From Octopus vulgaris (lineage: Eukaryota), in NCBI GenBank assembly GCA_951406725.2, contig OX597836.1:13020001-13084000 (forward strand): a stretch of DNA of 64,000 nucleotides. Reading direction: 5' to 3'. The notes beneath the pieces were generated by a model that saw only the letters and a program-made list of their open reading frames with translations, had not been told where the DNA came from and searched no databases. How positions within the stretch are numbered: the first letter of the stretch is position 1; each line of letters starts with the position of its first letter. Positions 56,778 to 64,000 of this stretch are shown here, one piece after another. Made by a program: the position numbers and the translations under genes.

Positions 56778-57598
56778 CAATTTTTTTTTATAAAAAAAAG
56801 AAATGTTGTAAAATTTAGAATGTTTATATAAGTTTGTGTATAGCAAAGCATATGTATTTGTAAGCATGCGTATCTGTGTATGTGTGAGTGAAAGTATGCT
56901 TGTGCTTAAGCACACATATACACGACGGTATGTATATGTATCAATTCAAACTTGTGTATGTATACAGGCCTCTATAGATGCCAAATAACATAGCTACAGG
57001 TTTTTCCCCCACCCCTCCTCCGTTCCTTTTTCTCTCTTTCCCTTTCTTTCGTTCCCCCTCCTTGCTCAGTATATGAGAATTGCTACATAGATGAATTTTA
57101 GCTTGCGTGCGAGACGGTTTGCGTGAATATATGTACACATGCTTTTATGTGTATAATTTAGATTCATATTCATACGTCTGTATGTGTATGTATGGCGTTT
57201 ACGCGCATCCTTTTGTGTATGTTGATATATATATGTGGATTTTAATATAAATATGTATTGCAGTATTTATAACAGGTTTAATTTCTATGCATTAATTTGT
57301 ACTGTCTTCATTAACGGCAACAGGTTTTTTCCTCGGTATTTTCCTCGGATTTTATAATTTTTATAAGTTTTTATATATATATACATATATTTTTGACCTT
57401 TTTGTTTATCGCTCGAAGATTGACCGTTTTTTCTAAAGGGCCAATCAAACAAGTCCATTTCTTTTTAAAGGTGTAGCGTTTGTAAGAGTATAGATTGAAT
57501 TAATATATATGTTCCATTCTAGCAAAAACTGTCTGATGAACGGCAACGAGAAACTCAGAGTAACAGATTTTGTTGAATTTTCTGCTGCTTAAAATAAA

Positions 57599-57631
<33 letters not shown>

Positions 57632-60600
57632 AAAACAAACCGGTCATAAAAACAAACAAAAAATAGTGTAATAGGCGTAAAACAAATTCCTCTAAACGAA
57701 TATGACTCAAAAAATCGCGCTCGCGAAAGGGGGATGGGGAGAGGAATCGGAAAATTTACATCGGGAATGTTACGTGCCTGACCCGGGCACAAAAAACACT
57801 TAAATATCTATAAACCGTTTATGATGAACACATGCACACACACACACACATTTTCGCCCCTTGTGGGTAATAATAAAACAACACACACACACATTTTATG
57901 AATGACTTGACACCAAGGTTTGTTTTTTTACAATAAAGAAGACGCATGCGCAAACGAGTGTTATAGCTACTACTATTTACTACAAGTGAATTGCTACAGT
58001 GTTGAGTCGCGTGTTTTTGGGTCTCCTAAAACTGGTAAGTTTTGAGGTTTTTCATTTCTTTTTATTTTTTTACATCCACAATGATACGAGTTTATAGCAT
58101 CCACATTCTGATAAATTTCCTCAAAATGGCAAAAACTAAATAACTTACGACCGGACGAAATAATGTGCAGTACGTATATCGAAATTTCGCCAGAGACCGG
58201 GTCAAACGCTTTAGTGTGGTTAAGCTGAAGGAAAATATTTTACAGGCATTTAGCTGGTATTTCTAGCGAAGCTGAGCAGATTGGAATTGAAAAGAAAAAA
58301 GATGGAAAACTGAAATCTAACGGGTGGGGGTGACTTTTTCAGAACAAAAAAAAAAAAAGTGTGGTTAAGCTGAAGGAAAATATTTTACAGCTGGTATTTT
58401 TACAGCTGGTATTTCTAGCGATTGTGTAAGCTTGACGTGCAACACTTGGTCGAAGCACATTAGGCGAAATCGCGTGCTTTGTAGTGGTCTTGTAACGAAA
58501 GATCGCCCCAGGCATTTAGCTGTTATTTCTAGCGATTGTGTAAGCTTGACGTGCAACACTTGGTCGAAGCACATTAGGCGAAATCGCGTGCTTTGTAGTG
58601 GTCTTGTAACGAAAGATCGCCCCAGGCATTTAGCTGTTATTTCTAGCGATTGTGTAAGCTTGACGTGCAACACTTGGTCGAAAGCACATTAAACGAAATC
58701 GTGTATAATTTGTAGTGGTCTTGTAACAAAGATCGCCTTCGTTACAAGATCACTACAAATCACACGCGATTTCGTTCTGAAAAAGTCACCACCCGTTAGA
58801 TTTCAGTTTTCTTTTTTCTTTTCAATTCTAATGTACTCAGCCTACGCAAACTCACCTACCTACCTACCTACCTATATTTCTCTCTATCCGACTCCATTGT
58901 CTTGGAATCTCACCCCTCCCCCAAAACAATGTTTTCTTATGGAAAACTCCCCCACCCCAAATCAATGTTATCTTTCTGGAAAAAACCCCGCCAAATCATC
59001 TGAGTTGAAATGAAAGTTAGTATAAAGAAGACGCATGCGCAAACGAGTGAGTGGCGGGTTTTTGAACAAGTGTTGAGTGGCGTGTTTTTGGGTCTCCTAA
59101 AACTGGTAAGTTTTGAGGTTTTTTATTTATTTATATTTTTTTACATCCACAATGAAACGAGTTTATAGCATCCACATTCTGATAAATTTCGCGCGCGTTT
59201 GCGACGATGAAAAACCGCCACTTCCGTAAGTTTCCTCGCTCACTCGATGGAGAAGGGATCGGGCCGTCGCCGAGCGGTGGTTCATTATCTGGTGCGAAGC
59301 GCGCGGTGCATGTCGAGCGCCTTTAGCGGGCGCCGACGCAGCCGATGCGCGACCCTTAGTCGAGAACAGTGCCGTTCAAACCGGAAAGATCTGAGAAAGC
59401 TAATGGCTTGTGCGTGCGTGCTTGTTTCTGTGTGTGTGTGTGTGTGTTGTTTTTTTTTGTTTATATATTTATATGTTGTTGAATGTAGAAATAACACACA
59501 TACATGTACACACACACAGACACGCCTACACACTCTCCTAAATACTCACATACATACGTAAGCACATAAGTACATACATACATACATACATACATACATA
59601 CATGCATACGCACGTACATGTACACACATACATACGTAAGCACATAAGGCTGATGAAATTACTCTAAAATTGCGATCTTTCGTCTCTAGTAGACCTTTCC
59701 TCCATGTTATTTCTTTATTAAAAGAAATAACATGGTCTCTAGTAGACCTTTCCTCCATGTTATTTCTTTATTAAAAGAAATAACATGGTCTCTAGTAGAC
59801 CTTTCCTCCATGTTATTTCTTTATTAAAAGAAATAACATGGAGGAAAGGTCTACTAGAACTTTTCAAAATTTTCGCTGCGTTAGTTTTGAATTATGACAT
59901 TGGGCTATGTGTGTGTCAAGTTTCATCAGAATCGGTTGAAAGCCGTGGTCAGGGTGAGGGTACAAGCAAACAGACACACAGAAACACGCACAGACAAACT
60001 GCCGTTTATATATAGAGAGATAAAATAAATGACTCGAAATAATGCAAACAATGAATTTGGTGAATTCCCTGTCGACATGTTGTCTTGTTGAGAAGAGAAA
60101 GCTAATGGGTTGTGCGTACGTGCTTGTTTCTCTCTCTCTCTCTCTCTCTGTGTTGTTTTTCTGTTTTTTTAAAAATTTTATTTATGTTGTGGAATGTAGG
60201 GATCTTTTCGGTTTGACCGGCAGTTTTTAAAAATAATTTCCACGTAACTAAACACTTTTAAACTTCGTATACTGATAGAATGTGTTTATAAAACATCTTT
60301 TTCTCTTGGCTTTATTGTGAAAATCCTATGGTTTCTAAGATATTTGTTGTTGTTTTTTTCTTCAATTTCTGCAATTTCAACTAATCAATGACGTCTATTG
60401 AGGTGAAAACATTCTGTGCCGTATGAATATGTCCCTCGTTTAAGAAACAGATTGGGTTTATTTCCATTTGTGAAGAAAAAAAATACCCTTCCCCCCACCC
60501 CTAACCCTAACTAACCCTAAAACAGAGTGAAATGCAATAGATCGATACTAGGGTCATAATTATCAGTGACAATTTCATATGACACCGCTAGAAAAAACTG

Positions 60601-60648
60601 CCGTTCAAACCGAAAAGATCCGGGATGCTAATGGCTTGTGCGTGCTTG

Positions 60649-60694
<46 letters not shown>

Positions 60695-62222
60695 GTTTTG
60701 TTTATTTATTTATATGTTGTTGAATGTAGAAATAACACACAGAGGAGCAAAGGAGCACACATACACACACACACATACACACACATACATACACACACAT
60801 ACACACATATACACACACATACACACACACGCACAAACACATACACACACACACATACACACACACATATACACACGCACACACACATACACACACACAC
60901 ACACACAAACACACACATACACACACACACAGAGGAACAAGCACGCACGCACAATTCATCAGCTTCTCGACAATATAGGACGGTCAGGGAAATCCCCGAA
61001 TTCAACGTTTACAAATAATAAAAAATAATACATGGCGCAGGAGTGGCTGTGTGGTAAGTAGCTTGCATACCAGACAGACGTGTGGTTTTTTGCTGTTTAA
61101 ACATGTTGAAGAGGTTTATTACCTCCTCTGAAAAAATGTAATTTGAACATTCTGATCATTTTTGAACATTTTTGAACATTTTACTAAATGTATTCATTGA
61201 ACATTGTCTTAGAGAAGCGGGGGTCGGCGGGCGCTTTCGTCTTCTCCCATCATCATCTTCACTTCATCACCATCATTCATTAATGTCTATGTCCAGCCCG
61301 TAGCTACTATCTGTGTACTGCCCTTGTGGCAAATTAAATAAAATAAAGTAGCTTGCTAAACAACCACATGGTTCCGGGTTCAGTCCCACTGCGTGGCATC
61401 TTGGGCTAGTGTCTTCTGCTATAGCCCCGGGCCGACCAATGCCTTGTGAGTGGATTTGGTAGACGGAAACTGAAAGAAGCCTGTTGTATATATGTGTATA
61501 TATATATATATGTATATATGTATGTGTATGTATGTTTGTGTGTCTGTGTTTGTCCCCCTAGCTTTGCTTGACAACCGATGCTGGTGTGTTTACGTCCCCG
61601 TCACTTAGCGGTTCGGCAAAAGAGACCGATAGAATAAGTACTGGGCTTACAAAAGAATAAGTCCCGGGGTCGATTTCCTCGACTAAAGGCGGTGCTCCAG
61701 CATGGCCGCAGTCAAATGACTGAAACAAGTAAAAGAGTAAAGTAAATAAAACACAAAGTAAGGATCGACTAGTCACGACTAGCTAGCGCGGCTACGCGAG
61801 TACTGTATTTTTGTGTTATACTCTCTCTTTCTCTCTTTTACTTGTTTCAGTCATTTGACTGTGGCCATGCTGGAGCACCACCATTTCAGTCGAGCAAATC
61901 AACCCCAGGACTTATTCTTTGTAAGCCTAGTACTTATTCTATCGGTCTCTCTTTTGCTGAACCGCTAAGTTACATGGACGTAAGCACACCAGCATCGGTT
62001 GGTTGTCAAGCGATGTAGGGGGGACAAACACAGACACACAAACATATACACACACAAACATATACACACACATGCATAGTGGATCTTTTCTTTTTGAAGG
62101 CCAGATTTTCCTAGTTAACTAAAAAATTTGAAACTTCGTATACTGGTAGAATGTGTCAAAAGAAAACATTATCTATCTATCTATCTATCCATCCATCATC
62201 TATCTCTCTATCTATCTATCTC

Positions 62223-62288
<66 letters not shown>

Positions 62289-63137
62289 AACCTATCTGCC
62301 TATCTACCTACCTATATTTCTCTCTATCCGTCTCCATTGTCTTGGAATCTCACCCCGCCCCCAAAACAATGTTCTCTTCTGGACAAAACCCCGCAAAATA
62401 ATCTGATTTATATAAATAAACAAGCTGTTTGTACATTCACAGAATTGTATTTGACAAATACTAGAGAGGAACGAAAGCGCTAATAATAATGAAGAAATAA
62501 AAAGATTTTTTCCCCTCAATATTCAATTCCGTACATATCACACCTAACACTATATATATATATATATATATAAGATAAGAAAATGGAGAAATACATCAAA
62601 ATCAAATATCAATTACCAGATAATACTCAATCACATACTTTATTAAACCACCACATAAGAGACTGTAGGGTTAAATATAAAAAGCAGAACAAATCAAAAG
62701 TATGTCATTGAGAATTATCTGGTAATTGATATTTGATTTAGATGTATTTCTCCATTTTCTTATCTTGTATTAGTAATTTGTGGTAAATCATTTTACCTTT
62801 GCCCATATAATACAGTAAATGAATTAATTGCATCGCAATCATTAACATTTATGTATTAACTTTGTTGGGTACTTCACTAGCAGTATATTGGATATACGTT
62901 ATCCCATAGACAACCCCTATCTCAGATCGCCATGTTGATTCGTTAGCTACTGCACGCATTTTTTTTCTCTCCTTCTTTCTGTGTTTTTTTTCTCTCTGTG
63001 TATCTTTCTGTTGAAGAGCGTAGGCTCGAAACGTTAAAGACTTGTTTTATCTATATTTCCTGAGCGCCATACTAATACAATTGTTCGTTTGTTTTCCACC
63101 TGCCTTCGTCTTTTGTCTATTTTCATAAAGCTTCCCG

Positions 63138-63191
<54 letters not shown>

Positions 63192-63667
63192 CTTCTATTA
63201 TTCAATTTCTTTAGTTCATTGTGAAAAGATACTTTTGCTATGCTTGTCAAGTAATGACCTCTGTCACTCAGTCTGATAATCTTCCCAGCGGTATTTTCAG
63301 AGGCTTGGCCTCCGAATCTTGTGAGCTTCACAAATACTGTTGCCAGGAGCGGGTTAAGACTCGCAGACGAACTCAGCACTAAAAAGATTTCCGTGCCCAC
63401 CACATACGAGGTAGTCGTTAGCAATTTTTTTCCCTCTGTCTTCCCTTCTCTGGATCTTTCCTTCTATGTTTCCGACGAAGAGCTCCGCTCGAAACGTTTA
63501 AGCCCCCCTTCTTTCCTGAGCGTCCAATAATACTATATTTGTTCCACGTCCTCGCGTTGTTGTGTTTTTTGGTGCTTTCTTGTTTGGATTAACTTTATAT
63601 ATATATATATTATATATATATATATAAAGTTAATCCAAACAAGAAAGCACCAAAAAACACAACAACG

Positions 63668-63739
<72 letters not shown>

Positions 63740-64000
63740 ATATCTATATATATATATCTATATATATATATATATATATTAGAAGGTTTGGAGATGATGT
63801 ACAGGTATTTTATATTAGAAGAAATGAGGTACTCAGAAATCCGGATGGTTTTATATTTACAGATATTTATTTGTATATTACATGTTTTTATACATCATAT
63901 AACTTAGATCATGTATTAGCGCTTTCTCCCATTCTAGTGGGCTTTGATTTGAAAACCCCACTAGAATGGGAGAAAGCGCTAATACATGATCTAAGTTATA

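Larger units (their letters stand above)
53679..57599. mobile_element. Second copy of the head-to-head inverted PLE
   Basis: Arms 53750-55442 and 55902-57599, with the same junction as copy 1. Confidence 0.92.
34159..64000. repeat. Tandem array B: ~12.5-kb unit, copies 34159-46659, 46660-59188 and 59189 to window end (partial)
   Basis: GCGCGCGTTTGCGACGATGAAAAACC starts at 34161, 46662 and 59191. Identical ORF translations recur with offsets of ~12.5 kb. Confidence 0.95.

Overview
AT-rich, microsatellite-dense animal DNA. The tRNA-derived SINE family and repeat style suggest an octopod cephalopod (recalled, not verified). I see no intact host protein-coding gene, and nearly all listed ORFs are translations of (TA)n/(CA)n/(GT)n/(CTAT)n tracts. 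The window has three zones. (1) 1-6.3 kb is a patchwork of RTE LINE, Helitron-like, foldback MITE, piggyBac-like and Penelope-like (PLE) fragments. (2) ~4.35-33.9 kb is a tandem array of about 7 variably deleted 2.3-5.2 kb units containing SINE pairs, a Tc1/mariner-type MITE with an internal ~172-bp satellite, and a candidate 84-bp exon. (3) 34.16-64 kb is about 2.4 near-identical copies of a ~12.5 kb unit. Each complete unit carries a ~3.84 kb head-to-head inverted PLE insertion (RT thumb plus GIY-YIG ORF) with a hammerhead ribozyme motif in each arm, and several smaller foldbacks sitting in (TA)n. The most notable signals are the hammerhead-bearing palindromic PLE structures and homologous splice-signal cassettes shared by both arrays, which hint at a hidden tandemly amplified spliced transcript.
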